Origin: a virus
Strand: one strand, 5' to 3'
IMG/VR virus record: IMGVR_UViG_3300028654_000009
DNA length: 64,000 nt
Part shown: positions 1 to 10,224 of the stretch, piece by piece
Layout of the letters: every line of letters starts with the position of its first letter
How positions within the stretch are numbered: the stretch's first letter is position 1
Translations under genes and position numbers: made by a program
Notes under the pieces: generated by a model
Seen by the model: only the letters and a program-made list of their open reading frames with translations
Told to the model about the DNA's origin: nothing
The model's database searches: none

Positions 1-772
1 TCGATTGGTCCTTCCACATGCAGAAGGCTAGGCGGAGGTCTCTTCCGGCTTTCGTCTTCTTGACGGCGTAATAGCTTTCGAGGAAGCGCTGGAGCTTTTG
101 GAATTGATACCAACCCGTGGTCTTAGCCACAATGCTTGGGTCGCCTACGCGGGCGTTGTCGACGTTCGAGTTGTTTGGGTCGAAGTCAGCGTTAGGATGA
201 ATGTTAGGGTTAGTAAGGGCTGTATTAGAAAAGGCTGAGAAAGCTGTAGCTACATCCTGCTTGACGATATTCAATTGCTGGACAGTCCCTCCGGCAATGG
301 TCTCGAAAAGAGAGAAGCCAAGCTGTTGAGCAGCTGAGCCACGTCCGGGGAGAACGCCCGTTGAACCACGGATTGAGAGCAGCTTAAAGGGAGCCCCGTT
401 GTGCTCCTCGATGATGCCACCCTGGGTGGCAGAAACGGTGATAGCGATTTGGTCGCTGACAGACAGAGACTCAGGGGACACAGGCAGGGTGAATTGATAG
501 CCCGGTTCGATCTGGTGGCTGGTGGTTCCGTCTGCAGCTGCTACTGCTCGCACTATCAATAGCTGGTAGGGCCTGAGCTGGTTCCAACGTGCGCTGTCGA
601 TATCATTCTGCACCCAAAAGGCTTCAGCTGCTGTCAGAGGGCTTTTGTTCTCTGAGGCAAGCTGGAGGAGCAGGTCGGAGTCTACAACGGCGTCCAGGCC
701 AGACACAGGCCTTGCCGAGCTAACGGAGGCTGTACCGGCCTGAGAAATCTGGTTGAAGAAGCTATCGCTCAC
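1..772 (-). CDS. Baseplate/tail-tube initiator-like structural protein (3' end runs off window)
   Basis: Not in ORF track. Hand translation from GTG at 772 gives MSDSFFNQ...YQFTLPVSPESLSVSDQIAITVSATQGGIIEEHNG...IRGSTG, typical of myophage tube-initiator proteins. AATCTT box 5 nt upstream. Confidence 0.65.
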   Translation of the reverse strand, partial: MSDSFFNQISQAGTASVSSARPVSGLDAVVDSDLLLQLASENKSPLTAAEAFWVQNDIDSARWNQLRPYQLLIVRAVAAADGTTSHQIEPGYQFTLPVSPESLSVSDQIAITVSATQGGIIEEHNGAPFKLLSIRGSTGVLPGRGSAAQQLGFSLFETIAGGTVQQLNIVKQDVATAFSAFSNTALTNPNIHPNADFDPNNSNVDNARVGDPSIVAKTTGWYQFQKLQRFLESYYAVKKTKAGRDLRLAFCMWKDQS

Positions 773-777
773 GATTG

Positions 778-783
778 AAGATT
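778..783 (-). promoter_or_regulatory. Late-promoter box AATCTT
   Basis: 5 nt before GTG 772. Confidence 0.75.
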
Positions 784-792
784 GCTAGCGGG

Positions 793-1461
793 TTATTGGG
801 TCGGGTACGGGGTGCAAGTACGCGGGTCGACCATGGGGCGAGACGGCTGAAAATACGACCACGAAAAGTCACACGCCCATTGCAGGGTGTCTCCGGCGGA
901 GCCGTGCAAGGTAATCCCGAACACGGAAGCGGCCACCGATGCCCAATCTGCGCTTGAGCGCTCCCCTGGAACCCCCGCCCCTATATCAATTGAAAAATCT
1001 GCCCCTGAAAGCTGGGGAGGCACTGCCGACATAATCGTCAACTCACTAAGTTTCTTCATCGTTCCGTGGTAGCCGGTCCCTGGGGTACAGAAAACGTTGT
1101 TCACCTTGAATAGGGCACGCTTCGTAATGAATGCCGGGTCCTTGCCTTCCGAAGATGCATGGCAGTTCACGACAACGTCAAGCGGGTCTCCTACTGCTGG
1201 CCTCGATGTTTGAATCCACACGGGTGGGTCAATGAACGCATTCCATAGTATGGGACATGACTGCACGGAGTAATAAAAGCCCCCCTTCGTCTGTGCTCCT
1301 ATAGTGACGATCCCCCCAGCCGGAATACCGGACGATGCAGAAAAAATGTCGCTGGGGGTGCTCATTGATGTCCGGCACTCTTGCGGAGTTACGGCGGCCT
1401 GGGCGAATACAACCCCGGGAACTAGTAACGACAGAAATAGGATCGCGATCCTGGTGTTCAT
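793..1461 (-). CDS. Exported Cys-rich protein with signal peptide
   Basis: ATG at 1461 preceded by AGGAG; MNTRIAILFLSLLVPGVVFAQA signal peptide; several Cys. Confidence 0.7.
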   Translation of the reverse strand: MNTRIAILFLSLLVPGVVFAQAAVTPQECRTSMSTPSDIFSASSGIPAGGIVTIGAQTKGGFYYSVQSCPILWNAFIDPPVWIQTSRPAVGDPLDVVVNCHASSEGKDPAFITKRALFKVNNVFCTPGTGYHGTMKKLSELTIMSAVPPQLSGADFSIDIGAGVPGERSSADWASVAASVFGITLHGSAGDTLQWACDFSWSYFQPSRPMVDPRTCTPYPTQ

Positions 1462-1475
1462 ATGAATTCTCCTAG

Positions 1476-3557
1476 TTATGGGTTTCCACTGCAAACAACT
1501 TCAGTTATGCACTGTTGTATCGTGATCACCTCGGAAGTCTGGGATTGAAGATGCAGAGAGATGAACTGCTGCGCGGTGGCCGAGTTCCATGTCGCCATGG
1601 TCGCGATCGTAAAGTCAATCGCCTTGGGACTAAACCCGGTCGTCGCCGCGTTGTGTGTCAGTTCGGAAGTTGCCACTCCCGCGCAGCTAGCGCCAAGTGG
1701 GCCACGTACGGTGAATTCAACGACTAGCCTCCCTTGGTCAGCCGCAGCCGTTGGGACGCTCGCATTCGTGAGTGTGGCAACGGTGGTGTCTGACGTTGTC
1801 CCGGTTGTTCCTATTTTTACAAACCACGATCTCGTGCTCGTGACCCCCGTTGCCGTCTTCGACATCGTCACTGTCCAGCGGAACACCGTCCCAATCTGGA
1901 ATCCCTGAGGCGGAACCCAGAGGAGCGAGCCTGTGATCAGCGTGAGCGTCGCCGCTGGGATTGCCTGGTCGGCTACACTGACCGATCGCGCGCCGTCGCG
2001 CCACCCACCGTTGGGGGTCCAGTCAAAAGCGGAATTCAACTCCGCCACAGGAACGGGAGCCCCATTCCCGAGCTGGTAAAGGTCCCAGTAGTTAGGCCCA
2101 GCCTGAGCTAGGAGGCGCGCGCCTGCGTTGGTAGCGCCCATGTTGCAAACCCCGCCGATTCCCGGGTCCCCTCCACGGAAGGTATTATTCCTTGAGGCCA
2201 GGGTCGCGGACACGATCGAACCGTTCAGGCGTACCCCAGGTTTTCTGACACGGTTGATTGCTCCGTCATTGGTGGCATTGCCGCCATTGATATAAAGCTG
2301 GATGGTGTCAATCGAATCGCTGTTGGAGAATTCTAGAGCTGCCGGCCCCCAAGTCGTGCCATGAGACAACTGGCCACCGATGAAAGTTCCACAGCAGGTA
2401 TTGGCAGTAGAGCCTCCATTGAAACGAACACAGTAAGCATTGCCCGGGACCGCTTGAACGATATTAGAGCCGCTTACTGTAGTAGGAGTATGGACCACAT
2501 CGTCGGCATTGACTGTACATCCAGTAAGAGTAGTCGTTCCTCCACCTCCGGTGTAGTTAACCAAGGTAGGCATACCAGCGGTGGTCATTACCCAGATATA
2601 CCCTGACGCCGGTAGCGTGTTTGCGGCGACGGTTAGCGACTGCCCAGACGCAGTAAGAACCACTGCCGAAGATGTGGTGATTGCGGTGGTTACAGGTGCC
2701 GGGGTTGCGGGATTGTCGAGCTGTCGACAGAACAACTCGGTCAAAAGGAATCGTGTCGTGTCTTTGGCCTCAGTTGGTGTTGTGCTGATTCCGAGACGAA
2801 TCGAACCCGCTAGAGAGTCACAAACGAAAACACTGTCAAGCCTCATTCCGGCGGCAGACGCTACCACCAGGCCATGGAGAGCCTGGTTTTGATCTCCATT
2901 GCGGCAGTCCAGAAAGATGTCACGTAAAGACGGCGCCTTTATCGTATTGATTCCAGTGGAGTTGAAAGCTAGCATCGCTCCGAAAGCGGTTCCCCCGTCA
3001 GAAGAAGTGCCCCACCAGGCCAAGCGGGTGCCGCCGAGCCGCGTGTAGTCTCCGACGTCGGCAGAATAACAGCTGCCAATCCCTCTGAGGCTAACCGGGC
3101 TTGTGAATATGGCACTGATTGGCCAACCATAAGAGTTGGTGGCCGACTGTCCGAACTCCACTACGGCCCCAGGAAAGGCGGCTCCGTTTAGGGTCGAAGT
3201 CATCAGCGTAATGGCCGCAGTATTGTCTGTGCCGAAGCTAACACCACAAGCTCCGGAAGTAGTGGACCCAGCAGTCGCTGACAACGTCACTACGCTCGAC
3301 GAAGTAAAGGCAGAAATGGTGGTTGTTAGTTGTGCCCCAGAAGCGCCAGCACGGGCCACCGTGACTCTCTTGCCGACATCCGTGGACTTGAATGGCGCGC
3401 TAGTCGCACAAGTCAACGTCGCTGATCCGGAGGTCATCGCACCATCGAACACTGTAATCAGATCGCCGACGAAGCCGAAGTCGTCTTGTGCGCTATAAAA
3501 AATCTCTCTGGTCAGTCCAGTCGAAAAGGGTCCAGCTTGGGGAGGGGAGAACGGCAT
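1476..3557 (-). CDS. Tail fibre/tailspike-like protein with probable beta-helix domain
   Basis: 693 aa, rich in G/T/S/A; GTDNTAAI motif typical of the start of pectin-lyase-like tailspike domains. Confidence 0.65.
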   Translation of the reverse strand: MPFSPPQAGPFSTGLTREIFYSAQDDFGFVGDLITVFDGAMTSGSATLTCATSAPFKSTDVGKRVTVARAGASGAQLTTTISAFTSSSVVTLSATAGSTTSGACGVSFGTDNTAAITLMTSTLNGAAFPGAVVEFGQSATNSYGWPISAIFTSPVSLRGIGSCYSADVGDYTRLGGTRLAWWGTSSDGGTAFGAMLAFNSTGINTIKAPSLRDIFLDCRNGDQNQALHGLVVASAAGMRLDSVFVCDSLAGSIRLGISTTPTEAKDTTRFLLTELFCRQLDNPATPAPVTTAITTSSAVVLTASGQSLTVAANTLPASGYIWVMTTAGMPTLVNYTGGGGTTTLTGCTVNADDVVHTPTTVSGSNIVQAVPGNAYCVRFNGGSTANTCCGTFIGGQLSHGTTWGPAALEFSNSDSIDTIQLYINGGNATNDGAINRVRKPGVRLNGSIVSATLASRNNTFRGGDPGIGGVCNMGATNAGARLLAQAGPNYWDLYQLGNGAPVPVAELNSAFDWTPNGGWRDGARSVSVADQAIPAATLTLITGSLLWVPPQGFQIGTVFRWTVTMSKTATGVTSTRSWFVKIGTTGTTSDTTVATLTNASVPTAAADQGRLVVEFTVRGPLGASCAGVATSELTHNAATTGFSPKAIDFTIATMATWNSATAQQFISLHLQSQTSEVITIQQCITEVVCSGNP

Positions 3558-4075
3558 TACGTGATCTCCTCAATACGTGCGTTCCCCGTGGCGGATGTCC
3601 AGATTCCGTTTATCTGGCCCGTGAAACACGGCTGGATGGCCTCATAAACCTGGTTAGGCAGAATAAGGATTGCTGAAGTCGCCGTCGCGGCAGTGCCCCT
3701 GCCAAGCCGAAGTGGAAATGCGGAGTCGTTCAGGATGACGAAAGACCGGCGTGCGGTGTTGCTGGCCAACAGCTGTACAGAGGTTAGCGAGGCAGCCACG
3801 GTAGATACAGTGGGATTCGTGGCAGACGCAGCAGCGGCCACTACCGAAGCGACGTTGATGACAGAGGCGTTACCAAGCCCAGCAGCAAGACCGTAAATAG
3901 ATTCATTGGTGACCTGCATAGGTTGTCCTAAGGGGGGAGCCGTACCAGTTGATTGAGTCACCCCCGAAGGGCCGATGATGCAGCCTCCCTGAGCAGAGAA
4001 CCAAATCGTCCCCGTCCCCGAGAAGATCAGGGTGGGGGTAGTATCATTGAGTGAGAAACTCGCTGAGGTTGCCAT
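3557..4075 (-). CDS. Small virion structural protein
   Basis: 172 aa beta-rich; coupled to 1476-3557 by TAATG overlap. Confidence 0.6.
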   Translation of the reverse strand: MATSASFSLNDTTPTLIFSGTGTIWFSAQGGCIIGPSGVTQSTGTAPPLGQPMQVTNESIYGLAAGLGNASVINVASVVAAAASATNPTVSTVAASLTSVQLLASNTARRSFVILNDSAFPLRLGRGTAATATSAILILPNQVYEAIQPCFTGQINGIWTSATGNARIEEIT

Positions 4076-4097
4076 TATCTAGTCCCCTTCATTATCA

Positions 4098-6875
4098 TTA
4101 ATTGCACCAGTGGGAAACGATGGTGACAAGGAACACTACGACACCGGCCGTGGTCACGGTCCCCATGTTTTTTGCACAAATAGCAAAGTGTTCGCCGGGC
4201 TGCACGAAGATATCCGGAGTCAAAATCTGGCCGCATTGGTTGGTAGGTATGAAACCTATCGCAGAGCCAGTAGGGATAGCGTGTAAGGACAAAGGCTTCC
4301 TTCGCGGTGCTTTTGTGTTAGCACTTTCGGCAGTAGCCAAAGAAGTGGCTGTGTGTCCCCAGGCGGCGGAGTAGTTGTATAGTACAGGGCCGCCAGTCAA
4401 AGCGGTGGTCACGATTGCTTCTATCTTGATAGAGTCGATAGCCAACGTTCTACCCGTTACTGTGCTGGAGCCGGCTGGGTTCGTGAAATCACAAACGATA
4501 CCGTCAGTACCTACAGTCAAGGTCGGTAGGCAGGCAAACTGTCCGCCCAAGCCGGTGCCCAAAGCTGCGGTGGTGTTGGTCATTGCGGCGCCGGCACCTG
4601 CCGCCTGGTTGTTGGCCAAGTTGGCCGTACTCCCCTGCGTCTGCCCACCAGCTCCTTGTGAACCCGTATTGCCATTCGAGCCCTGAGCCTCAACCCACGG
4701 CTGGTTTAGGTTCTGCCCAGCCATGTTAATGCCGTACTCGATGACCTTGAAGCTTAAAGCACCAGAAGCAGCTGAGCCGCCGATAGCGTGTCTGAAAGAG
4801 AATGGACACGAACCTGGACGGAACGGACGACCACTGGCGGCTGGCGAGTTAATTCGCCCCATCGACGTGTAGCCGTTACCGTCGCGCATGTCGAGCCAAA
4901 ACACACACACGTTCGGGTTGATATAAATCGATCCGTCGTACTCCACACCAGAGGTGGGAACAAAGTTGGCGCCGCCGAACACAGTTGCAAAAGCAGATGT
5001 CAGGGTTTCTGTGCCGGCGTTGTTGGCGACCCCGAACATGCCAGAAGAATTCAGACGGAAGTACGCCCCGTCGGTAGGAGCGTAAGGTGTCGAGGTGGGC
5101 CGCTGGAAGCAACCGAAGTCGATGGTGGTATTAGTGGCGTTCACCGTGCCCGTGAACATGAACTTAAAGTAGATGATCTGGGTACCCGAGGACCAGCAAG
5201 GGAAGAACCGCCGAGTAGAAAATGCAGCGCCGGTATTCGCAGTCGTGATCGATCCACCGTTGGTGGTCACTCCCGTACCTGGATAGGTCACCGTCATCGT
5301 GGTCGTATCGACCGTATGTTTACCTGTGTTTTGGGCGGTATAGCAGAAATTCTCCTGGTCGAACACGTTGTCAATGCTGACACGTGCGCTGAAGTCTTCG
5401 CTGGTTTCAGGAGAGAGAATCCACGGGAAGCCATTCGAGCTTCCGGCATCCGACTCAGTAAAGTTAGTAACCCTTAAAGCACCAGACTTGCCAGTATTGA
5501 GAGGGTTCGTTGTGCCCGGTGTGTAGGCGGGGTAGAATAGCGTGGCTGCCGCCTGATCGAGCCCACCAGACTGTCCAGCTGTAGTAGAGCCTTGAGCTAC
5601 TGCGCTTCCTCCACCTCCGCCAGCCGTAACGTTCACCCTCAGCGCTCCGGTGGTGTCTAACGAAAGCGGAGAGGTCTGGCCGCTGGTGTATGTAGGGCTG
5701 GCGGTGGCCACAGCTCCCTGCATAAGGGGACCCGACTGGCCAGAAGTGGTAGAGCCCTGGGCTAGAGGCAGCAGGGCCAACGTGGCCTGCGTAGCTATGG
5801 TGCCTATGGTGCCGATGTTGGCAGTGATGGTGCCAGAGACAGGTTGAGTAACGGCACTCCCGTCTACCTTCCATGCTACAGTGTTAGGCGTGTTGCCGGG
5901 TTGTACAGTCCAGGTGCCGGACTGAGAGGCCGGGATTGCCGACTGGTCAGACGCAATGGCTACGGCCAGCGAGGAGGCCATGACCTTCTGGCCGAGAGTG
6001 GCGGGGAGCTTCCCCGACATGGTGCTGACGGTAGCGTCCAGTGCCAATGAGCCTGAGGTGCCAATGTTGGCAGTGACAGTACCGGAGATGGTCGGGGTCC
6101 CGCTGATCGACACTGAGCCAGAGATCGGCTGGGTTACCGCACTACCGTCAACCTTCCAGGCTACGGTGTTGGCCGTGTTGCCGGGCTGGACTGTCCAGGT
6201 ACCGGACTGGGTTGCAGCTACGGTGCCCGATACAGGAACGGTACCCGAAATGGCGACTGTACCGCTGACGGGCTGTGTGGTGGCCGAGGCGTCTACCCTG
6301 AGAGCGCCAGCGGTCGTCAATGATAGCGGGGAGGTCTGGGCGGTGGTATAGGTGGGCGAACCGGTGGTGACTGCGCCTAGGGAAAGTCCGCCTTTTTGTC
6401 CGCTTGTCGTGGAGCCCTGAGAGACCTGAAGCCCAGTAACGGAGGCGTCTAGGGCGAGGGAGCCCGAGGTTCCAATGTTTGCCGTGACCGTGCCTGTGAC
6501 CGCCACGGAGCCCGTAATGGTAGTCGAGGTGAGGGAGACGGGGACCGTGTTGTTGGGGCTGATTGCCACCACGAGAGCTTTGTCGGTGGCGACAGCTGCT
6601 GTACTGGCGGCTTTGACAGTGGCAACGTTGGTGCCGTCAGTCAGCTTTGTCTGCTGCGTGCCACCGGTTAGGGTGGCGTCCAGGGCCAGGGTGCCGGCGG
6701 TCCCGATGTTAGCCGTAATCGTGCCAGAGACAGCCACAGGCGTCCCCGAGGCGATACCCTGAATGGTTATGACATCGGTCGAAGCGCTGCCGGCCGTCCC
6801 CAGGGCGGGCTGCTTGGCTGCGGTGGCTGCGCCCGTGGGGAGTACGCTCTGCTGCACCTGGGAAATTGTAAGCAC
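4098..6875 (-). CDS. Fibre-like structural protein with internal repeats
   Basis: 925 aa; repeats TANIGTxGxLALDA, QSGTWTVQPGNTxNTVAWKVDGSAVTQP and QGSTTSGQ; AATCTT box 5 nt upstream. Confidence 0.7.
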   Translation of the reverse strand: MLTISQVQQSVLPTGAATAAKQPALGTAGSASTDVITIQGIASGTPVAVSGTITANIGTAGTLALDATLTGGTQQTKLTDGTNVATVKAASTAAVATDKALVVAISPNNTVPVSLTSTTITGSVAVTGTVTANIGTSGSLALDASVTGLQVSQGSTTSGQKGGLSLGAVTTGSPTYTTAQTSPLSLTTAGALRVDASATTQPVSGTVAISGTVPVSGTVAATQSGTWTVQPGNTANTVAWKVDGSAVTQPISGSVSISGTPTISGTVTANIGTSGSLALDATVSTMSGKLPATLGQKVMASSLAVAIASDQSAIPASQSGTWTVQPGNTPNTVAWKVDGSAVTQPVSGTITANIGTIGTIATQATLALLPLAQGSTTSGQSGPLMQGAVATASPTYTSGQTSPLSLDTTGALRVNVTAGGGGGSAVAQGSTTAGQSGGLDQAAATLFYPAYTPGTTNPLNTGKSGALRVTNFTESDAGSSNGFPWILSPETSEDFSARVSIDNVFDQENFCYTAQNTGKHTVDTTTMTVTYPGTGVTTNGGSITTANTGAAFSTRRFFPCWSSGTQIIYFKFMFTGTVNATNTTIDFGCFQRPTSTPYAPTDGAYFRLNSSGMFGVANNAGTETLTSAFATVFGGANFVPTSGVEYDGSIYINPNVCVFWLDMRDGNGYTSMGRINSPAASGRPFRPGSCPFSFRHAIGGSAASGALSFKVIEYGINMAGQNLNQPWVEAQGSNGNTGSQGAGGQTQGSTANLANNQAAGAGAAMTNTTAALGTGLGGQFACLPTLTVGTDGIVCDFTNPAGSSTVTGRTLAIDSIKIEAIVTTALTGGPVLYNYSAAWGHTATSLATAESANTKAPRRKPLSLHAIPTGSAIGFIPTNQCGQILTPDIFVQPGEHFAICAKNMGTVTTAGVVVFLVTIVSHWCN

Positions 6876-6880
6876 ATCCC

Positions 6881-6886
6881 AAGATT
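6881..6886 (-). promoter_or_regulatory. Late-promoter box AATCTT
   Basis: 5 nt before GTG 6875. Confidence 0.75.
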
Positions 6887-6925
6887 GCTCTTGACGGATT
6901 CCAAGGTTCGGCTATCATCGACTTT

Positions 6926-7180
6926 ATGGCAAAAATGACCATCAACTCGACCACCCCCGAAATCGAACAAGCCCGCGCTCACTACTGGAAAGTCATGAAC
7001 ATCTGGCTTGCCCTGAAGGAAGCGCACGAGAGGCTTACCGCCCAGCTTACAAAGGTTGACGGGCAGGTCCAGGCGGCCCTGGAGGAGCTGAAAGAGGCAC
7101 AGGCTGACCTGGCGTATTCGGCCGAGTACCAAGCAGCATGGGAGGCCGAGCTGGCGGCGAGAAAGGCGCGGGGAGAGTAA
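6926..7180 (+). CDS. Hypothetical coiled-coil protein (early)
   Basis: ORF just downstream of TTGACG...TATCAT promoter (6891-6918). Confidence 0.6.
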   Translation: MAKMTINSTTPEIEQARAHYWKVMNIWLALKEAHERLTAQLTKVDGQVQAALEELKEAQADLAYSAEYQAAWEAELAARKARGE

Positions 7181-7605
7181 TGGCCTGGATCGTATTCGCG
7201 TTCATTCTTCTGTTCTTCGTGTTTGTTCTCGCCCTCGGTGCGATGTTTAGTCGCTACCGAAAATTCGGAGGGGTTCTCGGCATAGTCCTGTCGCTTTTCT
7301 TGCTCTTGCGGCCCATCGGGGCGATCGCTGGGTTCGTGATCGGCAGGTGCTATCAGATGGATGCTATTGAAGCAGTAGAGCTGCGGGCGTTGAAAGCTGA
7401 CTCTCTGCCCCCACTGCCTCCAGGCTTCCACTTAGACACTTCTGTACCGTCAGTCGGCGGCTGGATGAATCCGGCCGGGCTAGTGATTGGCTGGTCTCTA
7501 GGCGCTATTACGGATCTCGTAGCAGGAACGCTTTTCGCCCTTGCGTTTGGATGGGAAGAGTTTAACGCGAGAGCCCAAAGCAGACGCAAGTACAAGAAAT
7601 TTTAG
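7180..7605 (+). CDS. Hypothetical membrane protein
   Basis: TAATG-coupled start at 7180; several hydrophobic segments. Confidence 0.6.
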   Translation: MAWIVFAFILLFFVFVLALGAMFSRYRKFGGVLGIVLSLFLLLRPIGAIAGFVIGRCYQMDAIEAVELRALKADSLPPLPPGFHLDTSVPSVGGWMNPAGLVIGWSLGAITDLVAGTLFALAFGWEEFNARAQSRRKYKKF

Positions 7606-7641
7606 ACTTGACAGGGCGTGTAAAACCCCTAATCTGTTGGC

Positions 7642-7911
7642 ATGAGTATAATCCTAGCGTTAATTCAATTGGTACCTGCGGTCGTTCTGGTGTGGTCTAC
7701 GATTTCTGACCGTAAAAGGGCAAGGATTGCCAAGGAGGAAGAGTTCAAGCGGATCAAGTGGGAGGCGGCACATTGGGCAAACGACAAAGATGCGTATGTG
7801 CCCCAAGGGGACCGCTACCTGTACTGCGAAAGAGATTCTCAAACCATGACCTTGATAATCAAGGGCGAGTACCCCATAAAACGCGCTCCTCACTTACCCA
7901 AGCTCAAGTAG
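7642..7911 (+). CDS. Hypothetical protein with N-terminal membrane anchor
   Basis: TTGACA...TAATCT promoter 6 nt upstream of ATG. Confidence 0.55.
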   Translation: MSIILALIQLVPAVVLVWSTISDRKRARIAKEEEFKRIKWEAAHWANDKDAYVPQGDRYLYCERDSQTMTLIIKGEYPIKRAPHLPKLK

Positions 7912-7924
7912 TTCTCGGGTCTGG

Positions 7925-9922
7925 TTAAATATCCCTAGTGGAAACCGCCCCACTCAAAATCGATCCCGAATAGCTCGGCGTAATTGTAATCTGGCCTACA
8001 ATTGTGGTTCCAGGGGTGTCGTACACCTTCCTTCGCTCTTGGGTCAAAAGCCCTGAGCTGTAGGTGTACGAAATCGTCTTTATCAGGTTGGTGGTAGCAG
8101 TGTTCGTCCAGCTTTCGAAGGTGATAGCCCCCGAGGTGTAGGTCACCGTCAGGGTCACGCCAACGGTAACGGGGTCGACTTCCAGCAGTGTGTCGATGCT
8201 TTGCGTGGTCGAGAGGCCCACGTCGCGAGTCATGGTGTAGCCCGTCAAGACGCCCGAGCTATAGATAAAGGCGTATGTGATCTGAGCCTGCACAACTCCT
8301 GAGGTGTCGTAAGCCTTTACGATCTGTGTCGAAACTAACCCCGAGGAGTAGGTGTAATCCACAGTTTTGATTGTCTGTGGCACCACGTTGGCCCAGGTCT
8401 CGTTCATAAGTAAACCGGAGGAGTAGGTCGGTGTCCAATTGATAGTTGGAGTCGCCGGATCGTTCATCAAGATCGCATTGTAGTCCACCCCACCGCCGCC
8501 CCCACCAGCTGGAGCAGCCCAGGTGCCGTCAGCTCTGAGGAAGTTTGTGGTGCCTCCCCCTGAGGCCGGCGTAAGGCCTTGCAGGAGCGAGGTGAACAGG
8601 TTGAGGTCAGCCGTCAGTTGGGTCGAGGTGACGTCAATCGGCGTAGCCGAGGAGCCCGTGTTGTTGCCCTTGTAGGTGTGGGCAGCCATATTGGCTAGCT
8701 TGGCGTTCGTTACCGAGCTGGCGGTTAGGTCCGTCCCCGAGCCCGAGGTAGCAATGGTGGCAAGACCTGAGACTGCCCCTGCGGCGATAGCAATTGATAC
8801 GGACGAAGCAGCTGTTATCAATCCTTTGCCGTTGACGGTGAAACTGCCAACGTGTGAAGCATCGCCAAAGGTCCCTGTGTTCGAGTTGACCGTGGCCAGG
8901 GTGGTGGCCAGCGCGCCGGCAACGGTCGTTATATCTCCCGTCAAGGCCGGGAACCGGCCAGCTGGGAGGGTACCTGCCACAAGGTCAGAAGCGGACCCCG
9001 AGGTAGCAATAGCTGCTAACCCAGACACAGCCCCAGCCGCTATCGAAATGGCCACGCTGGCAACAGCTGTGACGAGGCCCTTCCCATTTACCGTCAGTTG
9101 CGCAACGTGTGCAACATCCCCAAACGAGCCAACATTGGAGTTGACCGTGGCAAGGGTTGTCGCGTAAGACCCACCAGGCGTCGTTATGTCGCCAGTAAAT
9201 GTACCCTGGCGAGCTGCGGGAATGGTACCGGCCACCAGGTCAGAAGCCGACCCCGAGGTGGCAATGGTGGCGAGCCCCGAAACCGCTCCAGCTGCGATGG
9301 AGATAGCGACACTGGAAGCGGCCGTCACCAGGCCCTTCCCGTTGACCGTGAAGCTCCCTACGTGGCTGGCGTCGCCCCAGGAGCCTACGTTGGCATTTAC
9401 GGTGGCCAGGGTGGTGGCCAGGCCCCCTGCGGCGGTTGTCAGGTCACCTGTCAGGGCAGGGAACCGGCCCGCCGGCAAAGTCCCCGCCACAAGGTCTGTG
9501 GCTGAGCCTGAGGTGGCGATAGCGGCGAGGCCCGACACGTCCGAGGCCGAGATGGCCAAAAGAGTCTTGACCTGCGTAGCGGTCAAATCAAGAGCATTGG
9601 CGGTGCCCGCCGTATTGTTGCCCTTGAGCGTAAAGGCGGCCATCTGGGCCAGCTTGGCATTGCTAACCGCGTTAGACGCTATGGTGGCGACCTGGGAGCC
9701 GGTACCGGGCCCGGCCAGGACATCTCCCGTGAGCTGCGTAATCCCGCCGGCTGTCCCTGGGTGGACGTGGTCAATCGCTGCAGCTAGGAGGCTGGTACCC
9801 GCGCTAGCCGTGCCGTTGGCTAGGGGCAGCGTAGAGTTGTCGACATACGCCGCATCTCGGAAGGCGGTGGGAGTGCCCAAATCCGAGATGCGAATTAGGC
9901 CGGCTGACTTAGATGCGCTCAC
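7925..9922 (-). CDS. Tail fibre-like protein with tandem repeats
   Basis: Repeats LTGDxTT...[29 protein letters not shown]...AVSGLAxIATSGS; duplicated C-terminal YTYSSG domain; AATCTT box 6 nt upstream. Confidence 0.75.
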   Translation of the reverse strand: MSASKSAGLIRISDLGTPTAFRDAAYVDNSTLPLANGTASAGTSLLAAAIDHVHPGTAGGITQLTGDVLAGPGTGSQVATIASNAVSNAKLAQMAAFTLKGNNTAGTANALDLTATQVKTLLAISASDVSGLAAIATSGSATDLVAGTLPAGRFPALTGDLTTAAGGLATTLATVNANVGSWGDASHVGSFTVNGKGLVTAASSVAISIAAGAVSGLATIATSGSASDLVAGTIPAARQGTFTGDITTPGGSYATTLATVNSNVGSFGDVAHVAQLTVNGKGLVTAVASVAISIAAGAVSGLAAIATSGSASDLVAGTLPAGRFPALTGDITTVAGALATTLATVNSNTGTFGDASHVGSFTVNGKGLITAASSVSIAIAAGAVSGLATIATSGSGTDLTASSVTNAKLANMAAHTYKGNNTGSSATPIDVTSTQLTADLNLFTSLLQGLTPASGGGTTNFLRADGTWAAPAGGGGGGVDYNAILMNDPATPTINWTPTYSSGLLMNETWANVVPQTIKTVDYTYSSGLVSTQIVKAYDTSGVVQAQITYAFIYSSGVLTGYTMTRDVGLSTTQSIDTLLEVDPVTVGVTLTVTYTSGAITFESWTNTATTNLIKTISYTYSSGLLTQERRKVYDTPGTTIVGQITITPSYSGSILSGAVSTRDI

Positions 9923-9928
9923 TCAGTC

Positions 9929-9934
9929 AAGATT
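9929..9934 (-). promoter_or_regulatory. Late-promoter box AATCTT
   Basis: 6 nt before GTG 9922. Confidence 0.75.
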
Positions 9935-9939
9935 GCGGT

Positions 9940-10188
9940 CTACGCGGGCGTTGGAGCCCTTTCATCCGTTTCCAGAACACAATGCATGCAATAGCCCATT
10001 TTTCTCCCAGCCGCGTTCTCTTCCAAATAATAGTTCGAGGTAGCGCAATTGGGACACGTTCTCAAACTAGGCGCCTTGGGTGGTTGCCACTCGGCCTGCC
10101 TCGGAGCAAATTCCTCTCTGTCGAAGGTGTTATTGAAAATGTCACGCCGGTTGTCGTTCGCTTCCGAACCATACCCCCGGGTGTCCAC
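9940..10188 (-). CDS. Small zinc-ribbon protein
   Basis: CPNC...CMHC. Confidence 0.5.
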   Translation of the reverse strand: MDTRGYGSEANDNRRDIFNNTFDREEFAPRQAEWQPPKAPSLRTCPNCATSNYYLEENAAGRKMGYCMHCVLETDERAPTPA

Positions 10189-10224
10189 CCGGTCCCTCTT
10201 CTGCGCTCTTGGAATTTGGCCTCC

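Noticed and set aside
9186-10043. 285-aa plus-strand ORF (and similar 41441-42973, 44477-45478, 59043-60170, 33496-34368)
   Set aside because: Antisense shadows of well-supported genes in GC-rich, codon-biased DNA, with no motifs or RBS.
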